Shown here piece by piece: positions 8,566-18,994 of a stretch of 64,000 bases of DNA (position 1 is its first letter; the number at the start of each line of letters is the position of its first letter). Made by a program: the position numbers and the translations under genes. The DNA comes from Cyanobacteriota bacterium (GTDB lineage: Bacteria > Cyanobacteriota > Cyanobacteriia > Cyanobacteriales > Nostocaceae), in contig JBJOKS010000014.1 in the NCBI GenBank assembly GCA_046045965.1, positions 62,008 through 126,007 of the forward strand, given 5' to 3'. A model generated the notes under the pieces. That model was not told the DNA's origin. It worked only from the letters and a program-made list of their open reading frames with translations, and searched no databases.

Positions 8566-9522
8566 ATGAAAAAGTCAACATTTTTAACTTACGGTTCTAG
8601 CCTAGTAATAGCTACAAGTTTAGCATTCACGAGTGGACAAATAGCGGCAGCAGGACAGAATATCAATGGTTGGAATAAGTCAATAGACTCCAACAATGAT
8701 AGTTTGTCTAGAACTCCTGGAACTGACATATTTGAAATGTATGTGATGGGAACAAAAGAAGATGAACAATTTTTCTATGTAGCAATTAATGGCAACTTAC
8801 CTGTCACAGGTTTAGATACTGGAAATCAAGTATGCAATACAAGCACTGGGCAATGTTTTAATGTTAGTAACCAAAACATTGGTTATGGTGATTTATTCCT
8901 AGATTTTTCTGGTCAAAATAACTTTCTCAATGCTAGTAATTCTCGTAGTTTAATAGGTGTGAGATTTGCTCCTAATAACGATTCTAAAGTTTCTGGTACA
9001 GGTATTTTTGATTATGTAAAAGCTACAGATGTGGAAAGAGAAAACGCTGGTTATTGGAACTTCGGAACTCACAATCAAATTGTTACTCAACAAGGTGGTA
9101 CTGCATCATTAGGAGATTTAGCTTGGGATGATCCTTATTATGCACCATATAATGGTTCTTTTACCTCAAATCCTATCCCTAATGTAATTGAATCAGGTAA
9201 TAAAATAGGTGATATTACCATGTTAAATAGTGCAGAATTAGCTGCTGCCGGATTTGATTTAAGTTCTTTATCTCAAATAGGTTCAGAAACTTTTGGTTTC
9301 AAGTTTTCCAAATCTCTGTTACCTATTGGTAAATATCTTGCTACTTTGATTTTGGAATGTAATAATGATGCGATCGCACTCCGAGGAGAAACAACTAAAA
9401 TAACTGTACAACCTCCACAAGAAGTACCTGAACCTTCTACTATTTTTGGAATCATGACAACAGCGTTAATTTTTGCAGCAACCAAATTTGGTAAACTCCG
9501 TAAATTTGAATTGAGTAAATAG
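8566..9522 (+). CDS. PEP-CTERM exosortase-dependent surface protein (resembles the cyanobacterial XDD3 type)
   Basis: Signal peptide; C-terminal VPEPSTIFG + TM + basic tail; core motifs YVAINGNLP, IGYGDLF, ECNNDAIAL. Confidence 0.85.
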   Translation: MKKSTFLTYGSSLVIATSLAFTSGQIAAAGQNINGWNKSIDSNNDSLSRTPGTDIFEMYVMGTKEDEQFFYVAINGNLPVTGLDTGNQVCNTSTGQCFNVSNQNIGYGDLFLDFSGQNNFLNASNSRSLIGVRFAPNNDSKVSGTGIFDYVKATDVERENAGYWNFGTHNQIVTQQGGTASLGDLAWDDPYYAPYNGSFTSNPIPNVIESGNKIGDITMLNSAELAAAGFDLSSLSQIGSETFGFKFSKSLLPIGKYLATLILECNNDAIALRGETTKITVQPPQEVPEPSTIFGIMTTALIFAATKFGKLRKFELSK

Positions 9523-9540
9523 CAAAATTCAACGATATCA

Positions 9541-9580
9541 AACTCCTGATTTATTTAGTAAGTCAGGAATTTAATTTTTT
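9541..9580. terminator. Hairpin terminator between convergent genes
   Basis: TCCTGATTTA...TAAGTCAGGA followed by a T run. Confidence 0.55.
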
Positions 9581-9990
9581 TATCCCCCTTTCTTCAAAGC
9601 TGCAATAATTTCTACATTCGCTTCTGGAAAATCAAAATTATCCAACTCATCAACACTGACCCAACGAATTTCTGCACATTCTATAGCTTGAGGAATTCCT
9701 GTCAAGTGATGACAATGATATACATTTAAAGTTACTCGTAAATGGGGATAAGTATGATCAATAGTAATCAAATGTTTCCCTACTGTAATTTTAATTCCTA
9801 ACTCTTCTAAAATTTCCCTTTCTATACATTCTTCTATAGTTTCCCCTGATTCAATTTTACCCCCAGGAAACTCCCATAAATTAGCCATTGTACCTTTGGG
9901 AAGACGACGATCAATTAAAATCTGTTTTTCTTCATTCCAAATAACAGCAACACCAATGATTTTATGTGGGACAGTAGATATTTCATTCAT
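9580..9990 (-). CDS. mutT: 8-oxo-dGTP diphosphatase MutT
   Basis: Nudix box WEFPGGKIESGETIEECIEREILEELG. Confidence 0.92.
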   Translation of the reverse strand: MNEISTVPHKIIGVAVIWNEEKQILIDRRLPKGTMANLWEFPGGKIESGETIEECIEREILEELGIKITVGKHLITIDHTYPHLRVTLNVYHCHHLTGIPQAIECAEIRWVSVDELDNFDFPEANVEIIAALKKGG

Positions 9991-10145
9991 GACTATAACT
10001 ATGACAATTAAATTAAAATCCGGTTCGTAGTTAGGACTTTAGTCCTGTAAATTCTGACATATAGCGATAAATCGCTTACTACAAACCAAATTCTTAGTTT
10101 ACAGTAATAGACCCTCGACTTCTCAAAGAAATCGAAGGTCTGATG

Positions 10146-10304
10146 CAATACTTGTCGGTTAAGCTCAAAAAATAGAATTACGTAGGTTGGGTTGTTCGCG
10201 TTAGCGTTGCGAAGCAATGGAACAAAACCCAACATTTATAAGCATTTGTTGGGTTGCGCTTTCTTCAGACCCAACCTACAAAAATCCTTAACCGAACAGT
10301 ATTG
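10146..10304. mobile_element. MITE (Nezha-like), copy 1, 159 bp
   Basis: 18-bp TIRs CAATACTTGTCGGTTAAG / CTTAACCGAACAGTATTG; perfect 10-bp flanking duplication AGGTCTGATG (10136-10145, 10305-10314). Confidence 0.88.
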
Positions 10305-10426
10305 AGGTCTGATGGATTATTGGAAAATATTAACATTTATTCAATAAAAACACCAATTAGTCAAATTCTGCTGATTAAATGATAGATTTCGCAGAGCATT
10401 TATTTAACTGGCGTTAATTCATTTAT

Positions 10427-10774
10427 TTACTCAGCAATATCACTGCTGTTTGCTTCTGTTCCTTGCAAAGCTAGATCAAAGTCCATTCTCTGTTCTGCAT
10501 TCCGTAAAAAATAACCACTAATCATTGCAGAAGCTAAAAGCCGACCTAGATTTTCGCGGTTGGTGGTAATAGTAATACCAAAGTGTTCTGAAGGCAGATT
10601 TCCCAAAAGTCCCACAATATTCCGTTCCATCACTTGAAAAACTTCCGCAGAAGTAGGTTTAGATAACTGAGTAACAGTTTCTGGACTTAAAGATTTAACG
10701 TATTCCCATAATAGGTTGCTATTTTCAGATTCACCGTTAAAAAATTCTGATACTCGATTTGGTTGGTTACTCAC
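10427..10774 (-). CDS. DUF760 family protein
   Basis: NLLWEYVKSLSPE...LGRLLASAMISGYFLRNAEQR signature. Confidence 0.85.
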   Translation of the reverse strand: MSNQPNRVSEFFNGESENSNLLWEYVKSLSPETVTQLSKPTSAEVFQVMERNIVGLLGNLPSEHFGITITTNRENLGRLLASAMISGYFLRNAEQRMDFDLALQGTEANSSDIAE

Positions 10775-10951
10775 TTTTGATCTCCTTTGCTACAACTACT
10801 GTCTATGGTAATTGTGACTACAATGATAAATAACCTGTTTTCTATTTAATGACGACGAAAATTTAACTTTGTGTCTATGTCACTCAATGTAACAGGTTAT
10901 TTCCGTCGAGGGAGTCGGTTTAACCGTACCAAAAGCAGCGTAGTTTTGCGA

Positions 10952-11030
10952 ATGGGTAATTGGTAATGGGTAATGGGTAATTGGTAATTGGTATAATTTC
11001 TCTCCATATCCCCAGTTCCCAGTCCCCAGT
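10952..11030. repeat. STRR heptamer arrays (TGGGTAA/TGGTAAT, CCCCAGT)
   Basis: Tandem 7-mers downstream of the sigma factor gene. Confidence 0.8.
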
Positions 11031-11040
11031 AAATAGTCCC

Positions 11041-12039
11041 CTAACTTGCCAAATACTCATTAATACTGTGTTTGGATTTGCGAAGTTTTGTTAAGGCTTC
11101 CCGTTCAATTTGTCGGACTCGTTCCCGACTAATATTGAGGATTTCACCTATTCTCGCTAGAGTCAAGGACTGCCCATCTAATAAACCAAACCGCAGCTTA
11201 ATGACTTCCTTCTGTTGTGGGGTGAGTTCTGACATCAGACGTTCTATGTCGTAAGATAGAGAAGATTGCATCACAAAATCTTCTGGTGATGCCCCTGTAT
11301 CTTCCAACATTTCTCCTAGTTCGGTGTCATAATTATCTCCTAACCGTAAATCAAGAGATAAAGGCAGACGGGCTTTTTCTAAACACTCCCGCACCTGTTT
11401 GGGTGTTAATTGCAATTCTTCAGCCAGTTCAGCAACTGTGGGCGCACGTCCCAGTTTTTGTGAAAGTTGTCTTTGTGCTTTCTTAATTTTGTTTAGTTTT
11501 TCAGTAATATGAATAGGCAGTCGAATTGTGCGTGCTTTTTCGGCAATGGCGCGGGTAATAGCTTGGCGTATCCACCAATAAGCATAGGTAGAAAATCTAT
11601 AACCTTTGGTGGGGTCAAATTTTTCCACACCCCGTTGCATCCCAATACTACCTTCTTGGATTAAGTCGAGTAAATCGACATTGCGCTTAATGTACTTTTT
11701 GGCAACAGATACCACTAAACGTAGATTGGCTTCTACCATTTTACGTTTAGCGATTTCACCTTCAGCGATCGCCTGATTTAATTCTTTTAGTTCTAGCTGT
11801 GCCGCATTTGCCCACTCTTCTAAGCTGGGTTGACGATCTAACTGTTCAGTCAGATTATCTCTGAGCTCATACAACGCAGTACATCTTTGTACCTGTTTCC
11901 CATAACGAATTTCTTCTTCGTGGGTGAGGAGTGGCACACGGCCAATTTCACGCAGATAGGTCCGCACGAGGTCTGTGGGTGTCTGAGCCGTTTTCATGGC
12001 GCTACTCTTTGGTGATGATGGGTTTGCTGGTAGTGTCAT
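11041..12039 (-). CDS. sigD: Group 2 RNA polymerase sigma-70 factor (SigD-like)
   Basis: [52 protein letters not shown]; no region 1.1; carB-sigD-mutT order as in Anabaena. Confidence 0.8.
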   Translation of the reverse strand: MTLPANPSSPKSSAMKTAQTPTDLVRTYLREIGRVPLLTHEEEIRYGKQVQRCTALYELRDNLTEQLDRQPSLEEWANAAQLELKELNQAIAEGEIAKRKMVEANLRLVVSVAKKYIKRNVDLLDLIQEGSIGMQRGVEKFDPTKGYRFSTYAYWWIRQAITRAIAEKARTIRLPIHITEKLNKIKKAQRQLSQKLGRAPTVAELAEELQLTPKQVRECLEKARLPLSLDLRLGDNYDTELGEMLEDTGASPEDFVMQSSLSYDIERLMSELTPQQKEVIKLRFGLLDGQSLTLARIGEILNISRERVRQIEREALTKLRKSKHSINEYLAS

Positions 12040-12471
12040 TAGCTGATAAATGCCTTAAGAGGTTGCTATCCAGGTATCCTGGGAAACTACGCTAGGGTTT
12101 GGGATTTACACGCCCGATCAACTCGGCTGCTTATATTTGATCAATATTTTAGATTAGGCTTCTTAACTGCTGGAAGTTACAGTTATTTCCCAGTAATCAC
12201 AAGTATCTATAGTCAGATTTTTGGTAATACATTGAACATTTGCAGTTTTATGAGATTGTTAAAAATTGTAACATTTATGAGAAAAGTTTGACTACCGAGA
12301 AACCCGAAATTTCCTGACTAATTCAGGTGTCCTCATGCCGTAATTGTACTTAAAATATGATGAATTATGCCCCTAGAGCAAATTCTCTAGGGAAAAAACT
12401 GCTTCCTCATATTTGTTAAAATATCTCAATGTTAACTATAATGATTTGCCTATAATAATTGCTTAATGTTT

Positions 12472-12609
12472 CAGGGGACAGGGAACAGGGAACAGGTGAC
12501 AGTAAGAAGGCAGGAAAGAGGCAAAAGGCAAGAGTTTATTCTTACCCATTACCCATTACCCATTACCCATTACCCATTACCCATTACCCATTACCCATTA
12601 CCCATTACC
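12472..12609. repeat. STRR arrays (GGGAACA; about 9-10 x TTACCCA)
   Basis: Tandem heptamers at the carB 3' end. Confidence 0.85.
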
Positions 12610-15600
12610 TAACTCGCTGGACAGTATTCTTGAATGACTTTCACATCCAAGGTTGTGTTTTGCAGGGAACGAATTGCAGCGACAGTGGCTTTAGCACCAG
12701 CGATGGTAGTGATGATAGGAATTTTGTAAGCTAAGGCTGTACGACGGATTAACCGCCCATCAGTATGGGCTTCTTCCCCAGAAGGTGTATTGATGATAAT
12801 TTGGATTTGTTGATTTTTGATGGCATCAAGAACATGAGGACGGCCTTCATGGAGTTTAAGTATTGACTCAATCTTTAAGCCTTGTTCCTGAAGGAATTGG
12901 CGTGTACCTTGGGTAGCGATGATGTTGAAACCCAGGTTGATAAATTCTTTCACCACATCTACGGCCAGGGATTTATCGCGATCGCTCATGGAAACAAATA
13001 CAGTACCCTGGAGAGGTAGCTTTTCTCCTGCACCCATTTCTGCTTTCGCAAAAGCACGACCAAAATCGCTATCAATTCCCATCACTTCCCCTGTTGAGCG
13101 CATTTCTGGTCCCAAGATCGTATCTGTACCAGGGAATTTACCAAAGGGTAAAACTGCTTCCTTCACCGCAATATGAGAGGGAATGACTTCTTGTGTAAAG
13201 TTCAACTCCTCTAAGGTTTTACCCGACATAATTAAGGATGCTAATTTTGCCAGTTGTACACCTGTAGCTTTAGAAACAAAAGGCACAGTGCGAGATGCTC
13301 TGGGGTTAGCTTCCAAAATGTAGACTTGGGGAGAATAACCATTTGCACCGACTACCGCAAATTGAATATTCATCAAACCCACAACAGACAGAGCTTGTGC
13401 TAGTTGGACTGTCCAAGTTCTAATTTGGTTGAGAACGGCTGGAGATAGGGAAATAGAAGGTAAGGAACAGGCCGAATCTCCTGAGTGAATACCCGCTTGT
13501 TCTATGTGTTCCATAATGCCACCAATCACGACTCTGCCAGTATGGTCAGCGATCGCATCCACATCAACTTCAATGGCATTTTCTAAGAACTTATCAATTA
13601 AAATCGGGTGTTCCGGTTCTACCTGCACTGCAAAAGTCATGTAGCGTTCTAACTCAGCATCAGAATAGACGATTTCCATCGCTCTTCCCCCCAAAACATA
13701 GCTAGGACGCACCACCACAGGATAACCAATGCGTTTAGCAACAATTAAAGCATCTTCATAACTTCTGGCGATACCATTAGGCGGTTGAGCAATATTTAAT
13801 TTGTTGAGAATCTTTTCAAATCGCTCCCGGTTTTCTGCCATGTCGATAGAATCGGGGGATGTACCCCAAATTTGGGTGATTGGGGACTGGGGACTGGGGA
13901 CTGGGGACTGGGATAATTGCTGTAGGTAGTGTTGTAATGGTACGGCTAATTTTAGGGGTGTTTGTCCACCGAACTGGACGATGATACCAACGGGGTTTTC
14001 GGTGTCGATGATATTGAGAACGTCTTCTTTGGTTAACGGTTCAAAATACAAGCGATCGCTGGTATCATAATCTGTAGAAACTGTTTCAGGATTAGAGTTA
14101 ACCATGATTGTTTCATATCCTGCACCATGTAAAGCATAAGCAGCATGACAACAACAATAATCAAACTCAATTCCTTGACCAATGCGGTTTGGACCTCCAC
14201 CCAAAATCATCACCTTGGGTTTGGTGGTGGCTAAAACTTCCGTTTCTGCTTCGTAGGTGGAATAGTAATAAGGAGTCAGAGCTTCAAACTCAGCCGCGCA
14301 GGTATCCACAGTTTTGTAAACTGGAATCACGCCTAAATTTTTGCGGTATGCTCGGACTTCATCTTCGTTGGTTTTAGTAGCGTAGGCAATTTGGCGATCG
14401 CTAAACCCATCCCTTTTCACAGCATACATTTGCTCTTTTGTCAACTGTTTTAAGGGCGTGCGTTTCAGGAATTTCTCCACTTCTAGCAGTTGTTGTAATT
14501 TATCTAAAAACCACGGGTCAATAGCCGTTAGTTCATAGATTTCTTCATTACTCATTCCTAGTTGCATCGCATGACGCACTGCAAAGATACGTTCTGGGTT
14601 TGGTGTCCGCAATTGAGCGCGAATTTGTTCACCACTCGGTAATTTTTCGGCTTTGTCACAACCCCAACCAGCGCGACCGGTTTCTAGAGAACGCAAAGCT
14701 TTTTGGAAAGATTCGTTAAATGTCCTGCCAATGGCCATTGCTTCCCCAACAGACTTCATTTGGGTAGTGAGTACAGGTTCAGAACCAGGGAATTTTTCAA
14801 ACGCAAACCGGGGAATTTTTGTCACCACATAGTCAATAGTCGGTTCAAAGGAAGCGGGGGTTTTCTTGGTGATATCGTTTTGCAGTTCATTCAAGGTGTA
14901 ACCCACAGCTAACTTAGCCGCTATTTTGGCAATAGGAAAACCTGTAGCTTTAGAAGAAAGGGCGGAACTGCGGGATACACGGGGGTTCATTTCAATGACG
15001 ACTACATCCCCGTTGACGGGATTTACGGCAAACTGAATATTAGAACCGCCAGTTTCTACACCAATTTCGCGGATAATTTTAATCGCCATATCCCGCAACC
15101 GTTGATATTCTTTATCGGTGAGGGTTTGGGCGGGGGCGACGGTGATAGAATCGCCTGTGTGAATACCCATTGGGTCGAGGTTTTCGATGGAACAGATAAT
15201 AACAACGTTATCTGCTAAGTCACGCATGACTTCTAGTTCATATTCTTTCCAACCTAACAAAGATTGGTCAATGAGAATCTGCGACACGGGACTGGCATCA
15301 ATCCCTACTTGTGCCATTTCTTCAAATTCTTCTTTGTTATAGGCTATACCGCCTCCTGTACCACCCATTGTAAAGGCTGGACGGATAATTAAGGGATATG
15401 TACCAATTCGCTGTGCGATCGCTTTCGACTCTTCTAAAGTTGAAGCTGTACCACTAGGACAAACTTTCACCCCAATTTTATCCATCGCTTCGTTAAACAG
15501 TTTCCGGTCTTCCGCTTTTTCAATCGCTGGTAATTTAGCACCAATTAACTCAACGTTATATTTATCCAAAACACCATTTTTCGCCAAAGCTACAGCGAGG

Positions 15601-15890
15601 TTGAGGGCGGTTTGTCCTCCCATTGTTGGTAATAGGGCATCTGGTCGCTCTTTAGCGATGACTTTTTCTACTATTTCTGGTGTCAGCGGTTCGATATAGG
15701 TGCGGTCTGCTGTTTCTGGATCGGTCATGATCGTGGCTGGGTTAGAATTGACCAACACCACTTCATAGCCTTCTTCTCGTAAGGCTTTACAGGCTTGAGT
15801 TCCAGAATAATCAAATTCACAGGCTTGGCCAATTACAATTGGACCTGAACCTAACAGAAGAATTTTTCGGATATCTTGGCGACGAGGCAT
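12609..15890 (-). CDS. carB: Carbamoyl-phosphate synthase large subunit
   Basis: [17 protein letters not shown], two ATP-grasp halves, MGS C-terminal domain. Confidence 0.98.
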   Translation of the reverse strand: MPRRQDIRKILLLGSGPIVIGQACEFDYSGTQACKALREEGYEVVLVNSNPATIMTDPETADRTYIEPLTPEIVEKVIAKERPDALLPTMGGQTALNLAVALAKNGVLDKYNVELIGAKLPAIEKAEDRKLFNEAMDKIGVKVCPSGTASTLEESKAIAQRIGTYPLIIRPAFTMGGTGGGIAYNKEEFEEMAQVGIDASPVSQILIDQSLLGWKEYELEVMRDLADNVVIICSIENLDPMGIHTGDSITVAPAQTLTDKEYQRLRDMAIKIIREIGVETGGSNIQFAVNPVNGDVVVIEMNPRVSRSSALSSKATGFPIAKIAAKLAVGYTLNELQNDITKKTPASFEPTIDYVVTKIPRFAFEKFPGSEPVLTTQMKSVGEAMAIGRTFNESFQKALRSLETGRAGWGCDKAEKLPSGEQIRAQLRTPNPERIFAVRHAMQLGMSNEEIYELTAIDPWFLDKLQQLLEVEKFLKRTPLKQLTKEQMYAVKRDGFSDRQIAYATKTNEDEVRAYRKNLGVIPVYKTVDTCAAEFEALTPYYYSTYEAETEVLATTKPKVMILGGGPNRIGQGIEFDYCCCHAAYALHGAGYETIMVNSNPETVSTDYDTSDRLYFEPLTKEDVLNIIDTENPVGIIVQFGGQTPLKLAVPLQHYLQQLSQSPVPSPQSPITQIWGTSPDSIDMAENRERFEKILNKLNIAQPPNGIARSYEDALIVAKRIGYPVVVRPSYVLGGRAMEIVYSDAELERYMTFAVQVEPEHPILIDKFLENAIEVDVDAIADHTGRVVIGGIMEHIEQAGIHSGDSACSLPSISLSPAVLNQIRTWTVQLAQALSVVGLMNIQFAVVGANGYSPQVYILEANPRASRTVPFVSKATGVQLAKLASLIMSGKTLEELNFTQEVIPSHIAVKEAVLPFGKFPGTDTILGPEMRSTGEVMGIDSDFGRAFAKAEMGAGEKLPLQGTVFVSMSDRDKSLAVDVVKEFINLGFNIIATQGTRQFLQEQGLKIESILKLHEGRPHVLDAIKNQQIQIIINTPSGEEAHTDGRLIRRTALAYKIPIITTIAGAKATVAAIRSLQNTTLDVKVIQEYCPAS

Positions 15891-16166
15891 AGTTTTTACC
15901 TTGAAGTATAAGAATACAAATCTTGACTATTTTAAGGGTCTTTAACCCTAGTCCTTATATTTATTATTAAGTTTTCTTGGTTCCTATGGCTGGTTAGGGT
16001 GTATAAGGTTTTTCCTGCTGTAGAGTGCGTTGGATTTTCTCCAGGACTGAGGTTACGCAAAGGAAGCAGAGAACACTGAAAAGCAAGAGTTTCAGAGAAT
16101 TTTTACATATCCTCTAATCTCTACCAATCGCTATATAGGGTTAGCATTGCTCAACCCCTACACACC

Positions 16167-16302
16167 CAATACTTTTCGGTTAAGCCCAAAAAATATAATG
16201 ATGTAGGTTGGGTTGACGATAGGAAACCCAACATTTACAAGGGTTTGTTGGGTTTCACTTTGTTCAACCCAACCTACGAAAACTCTTAACTGAACAGTAT
16301 TG
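16167..16302. mobile_element. MITE (Nezha-like), copy 2, 136 bp
   Basis: TIRs CAATACTTTTCGGTTAAG / CTTAACTGAACAGTATTG; perfect 10-bp duplication CCTACACACC (16157-16166, 16303-16312). Confidence 0.88.
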
Positions 16303-16656
16303 CCTACACACCGCTGCTGTATAAGTTGGTAATTTAGTAAGTTGACAAATTTTCCTGATTGATTTTTACTCAAACGAAAGTTTATTTAATTCTCATCAGA
16401 TTATATCCCCAAGCTTTGGGAAAATATTTATATTTATATTTATATCTATTTCTATTTAATGATTTTTTTAAATAAAATTAATTGTCAACAAGAAGTTGTT
16501 AGCGGTGTATTCATATCTCTATCAAAAGATAAAATCAGATATTTCTTGGTTGTATTGAAATTAATTTTCAATTTTTAATTTTTAATGATAAATACTTTTA
16601 TTAGATAAATATTCCCAATATTTAGATCAAAGTAAATGCTTTCCATTGCGTGATAT

Positions 16657-16701
16657 TAAAAATGGCAGACAGGCATAAATTTACCTATCTGCCAAATTTT
16701 T
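16657..16701. terminator. Hairpin terminator downstream of dpsA (possibly bidirectional)
   Basis: AAAAATGGCAGACAGG...CCTATCTGCCAAATTTTT. Confidence 0.6.
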
Positions 16702-16772
16702 ATCCTGTTTTCTAATCTACAGTGCTAAATTTTGCATCAGTCTAAATGCAGAAATTTAAGATGAGGTTAAAT

Positions 16773-17327
16773 TTAGTTTGCAGCAGGTTGAACAAAACCC
16801 AAGGTTAAACTATCCTTAGCTAAGAAGTGAGCTAAATGGTAAGCTCTTTCTTCTGTCTTTAACAGGATTTTTTCGTAGAGATATCTTGTACCTCTGTCTC
16901 CCAAACTCTCAGCCTGAGAGGCTTGACGGCGAATCACACCAATAATTGCTTGTTCTGCCACTAGGTCATTTTCTACCATCTTCCGGGAAGAAAATGTACC
17001 ATCTACTTCTGGTTCAAAGCAGCATAATTCGGCTAATTTGCTAAATGAAGCAGCAGGAACACCACCCAAGCCATTTAAACGTTCACCGATTTCATGGATG
17101 TGATCTTGAACTTCTTCGTAACTTTCTTTAAAAAATTCATGCAGTGAATAAAATTCTGCACCTTCAACTACAAAATGGTGTTTTTGGTACTGCAAGTACA
17201 GAGCTTGGAAACTAGCTAATACAACATTGAATCCTTCTACTACTGGCGTGGTAACACTGCGATCCAGTAATACAGGATTGTCATATACTTGACCAAAGTT
17301 TTGTAATAGAGTTTGAGTATCAGACAT
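16773..17327 (-). CDS. dpsA: Dps family DNA-protection/ferritin-like protein
   Basis: [20 protein letters not shown] and HEIGER ferroxidase motifs. Confidence 0.92.
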   Translation of the reverse strand: MSDTQTLLQNFGQVYDNPVLLDRSVTTPVVEGFNVVLASFQALYLQYQKHHFVVEGAEFYSLHEFFKESYEEVQDHIHEIGERLNGLGGVPAASFSKLAELCCFEPEVDGTFSSRKMVENDLVAEQAIIGVIRRQASQAESLGDRGTRYLYEKILLKTEERAYHLAHFLAKDSLTLGFVQPAAN

Positions 17328-17648
17328 TGTTCTCCTCGCTTTTTAGCAGTTAGATTTTTTAACCGCTGAATCTTTTATATCTTAACATTAAAAAAAATTA
17401 ATGCCAGTCTATTAAATATGACAGAATTTCTGATTTTTAAAGGCTATAAGTATTCGTTTTTCTTCTATGTCTAGTTAATTTATTTCTATTTGTCTCATCT
17501 CGTTCTTGACTTAAGTAACAAAATATGATTAGGCACTGAAAAAAGTTTCCTGCAAATTTTTTGCAAATTTAATGACAATAATTTGCACTTACGCTATTCT
17601 TATTTATGAGGGTCAACTCCGACAAACTCCCAAACACAGGGAGTAACT

Positions 17649-17939
17649 TTGTCGTGGTTACTGCAAGTTTGTTGCACTTTAAGGGTAATTCGCTTGAAAT
17701 CTTTTAGTTCAGAAGCAGAAATAAAGCACATTGTAGAAGTGAACTGGTCAGACCGTTGGCAAGTTTATCAGCGTTTAAATGAATTAAATATTCCTTGTCG
17801 TTGTGAAACAAACCAACCATTGCAAGTAGAAATTGCCAACCCACAGGTAGCTGTACAGCTTTGGAGTGTGGTGAGACAATTTAAAGCTTCTCGTCAAGAT
17901 TTAATTTTTACTCTTGAAAATTCTTGGCAGATGCGCTAA
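17649..17939 (+). CDS. Asr1405/Asl0597-family small protein (start probably TTG 17694)
   Basis: DRWQVYQRLNELNIPC...VQLWSVVRQF...LENSW. Confidence 0.75.
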   Translation: MSWLLQVCCTLRVIRLKSFSSEAEIKHIVEVNWSDRWQVYQRLNELNIPCRCETNQPLQVEIANPQVAVQLWSVVRQFKASRQDLIFTLENSWQMR

Positions 17940-17991
17940 CAATTTGTTTAATGCCTTAATAAATTGTGTTGTTTAAAAATAGGTCAAAAAA

Positions 17992-18600
17992 ATGAGTGTA
18001 TTCTACAGTAATGAAGTGACGGAATTTTGCCTTGAGGGTAGATTTTTAGATTTTGTGATTAAAGACGGTTATAAGTTAAAAGGCTTTTTATTAGCGACTT
18101 CTGAGGGTGAATGCTATGTAAAACTAGCCAAACATTTACGAGTAGCTTTTGATTTGCGTCTACCACGTGGAACTTGGTTGCAAGTTGTCGGCACTAAAAA
18201 GTATGATTCTAAACATGATCAAGTAATGCTAAAAGCTGAACGGGTAATGGCTGCAAGTTCTCAGCGGGAAATAGTTTCACCATCACCATCTTTAAATAAA
18301 CCTCAAGCTAAACCAGCGAAGACGCAAACTATATTAATGTGTCAAAAATCTGATTGTATGAAGCGTGGTGGTAAGGCTTTGTGTCAGGCTTTAGAATCTG
18401 AGTTGAGCGATCGCGGTTTACAGGATACAGTTAATATTAAAGGTACTGGTTGCATGAAAAATTGTAAAGCTGGACCTAATTTAGTTATGCCAGATAAAAC
18501 TCGTTATACAAAGGTTAAACCTGAACAAATTTCTATTTTGGTAGATAAGCATTTTGGAAAGGATGTGGAAATAGAAAAACGGCAATTTATAGAAGTTTAG
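17992..18600 (+). CDS. Thioredoxin-like (2Fe-2S) ferredoxin domain protein
   Basis: CQKSDCMKRGG...GCMKNCKAGPN. Confidence 0.88.
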   Translation: MSVFYSNEVTEFCLEGRFLDFVIKDGYKLKGFLLATSEGECYVKLAKHLRVAFDLRLPRGTWLQVVGTKKYDSKHDQVMLKAERVMAASSQREIVSPSPSLNKPQAKPAKTQTILMCQKSDCMKRGGKALCQALESELSDRGLQDTVNIKGTGCMKNCKAGPNLVMPDKTRYTKVKPEQISILVDKHFGKDVEIEKRQFIEV

Positions 18601-18601
18601 C

Positions 18602-18994
18602 GTTGTCAGAATCAGGATATCCAGGATTTAAGGATTTACAGGATTTAATTATTTGTCAGAATCAGGATTTACAGGATTTGAGGATTTTCAGGATGTTTGA
18701 TTTTCTTTCATTGATGATGATTTTTGGCATTTAATTATTTATCTGAAAGAAGAAAAATTTTTTCAAAAATCCTGTCAATTTTAGATTTTTTTAAGAAAAG
18801 CAAGAAAATACAATTAAATAAAAAATGATATCATCAGATTATCAAATCAGAAAATAATAGTATTCAAATAACATCCTGAAAATCCTCAAATCCCGGACAT
18901 CCTGATTCAGACAAATAATCTGACAAATAAAAATATTAACTTCCCATCTACATCCCTGTAAATCCTCAACTCCTAAAAATCTAATTCTGACAAC
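18602..18994. repeat. Nested long inverted repeats (MITE-like) built of AGGATTT units
   Basis: 18602-18644 pairs with 18952-18994; 18648-18696 pairs with 18871-18919. Confidence 0.7.

Noticed and set aside
10008..10235. Short ORFs 10008-10235 and 16158-16373
   Set aside because: They are read through MITE sequence
12542..12609. Tandem arrays, and the 18.6-19.0 kb repeats, considered as CRISPR
   Set aside because: The units are 7-9 nt with no unique spacers, and no cas genes are present
12459..12734. ORFs with PLPITHY, GTGDWGL or PYSLFP repeats (also 22835, 24437, 26803, 37690, 38894, 56879 and the N-terminus of 38809)
   Set aside because: They are translations of STRR heptamer arrays and overlap real genes
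16055..16100. CAGTGTTCTC on the minus strand resembling the start of the IsaR1 sRNA
   Set aside because: The match is short, lies in a GCAGAG-type repeat context and has no matching terminator
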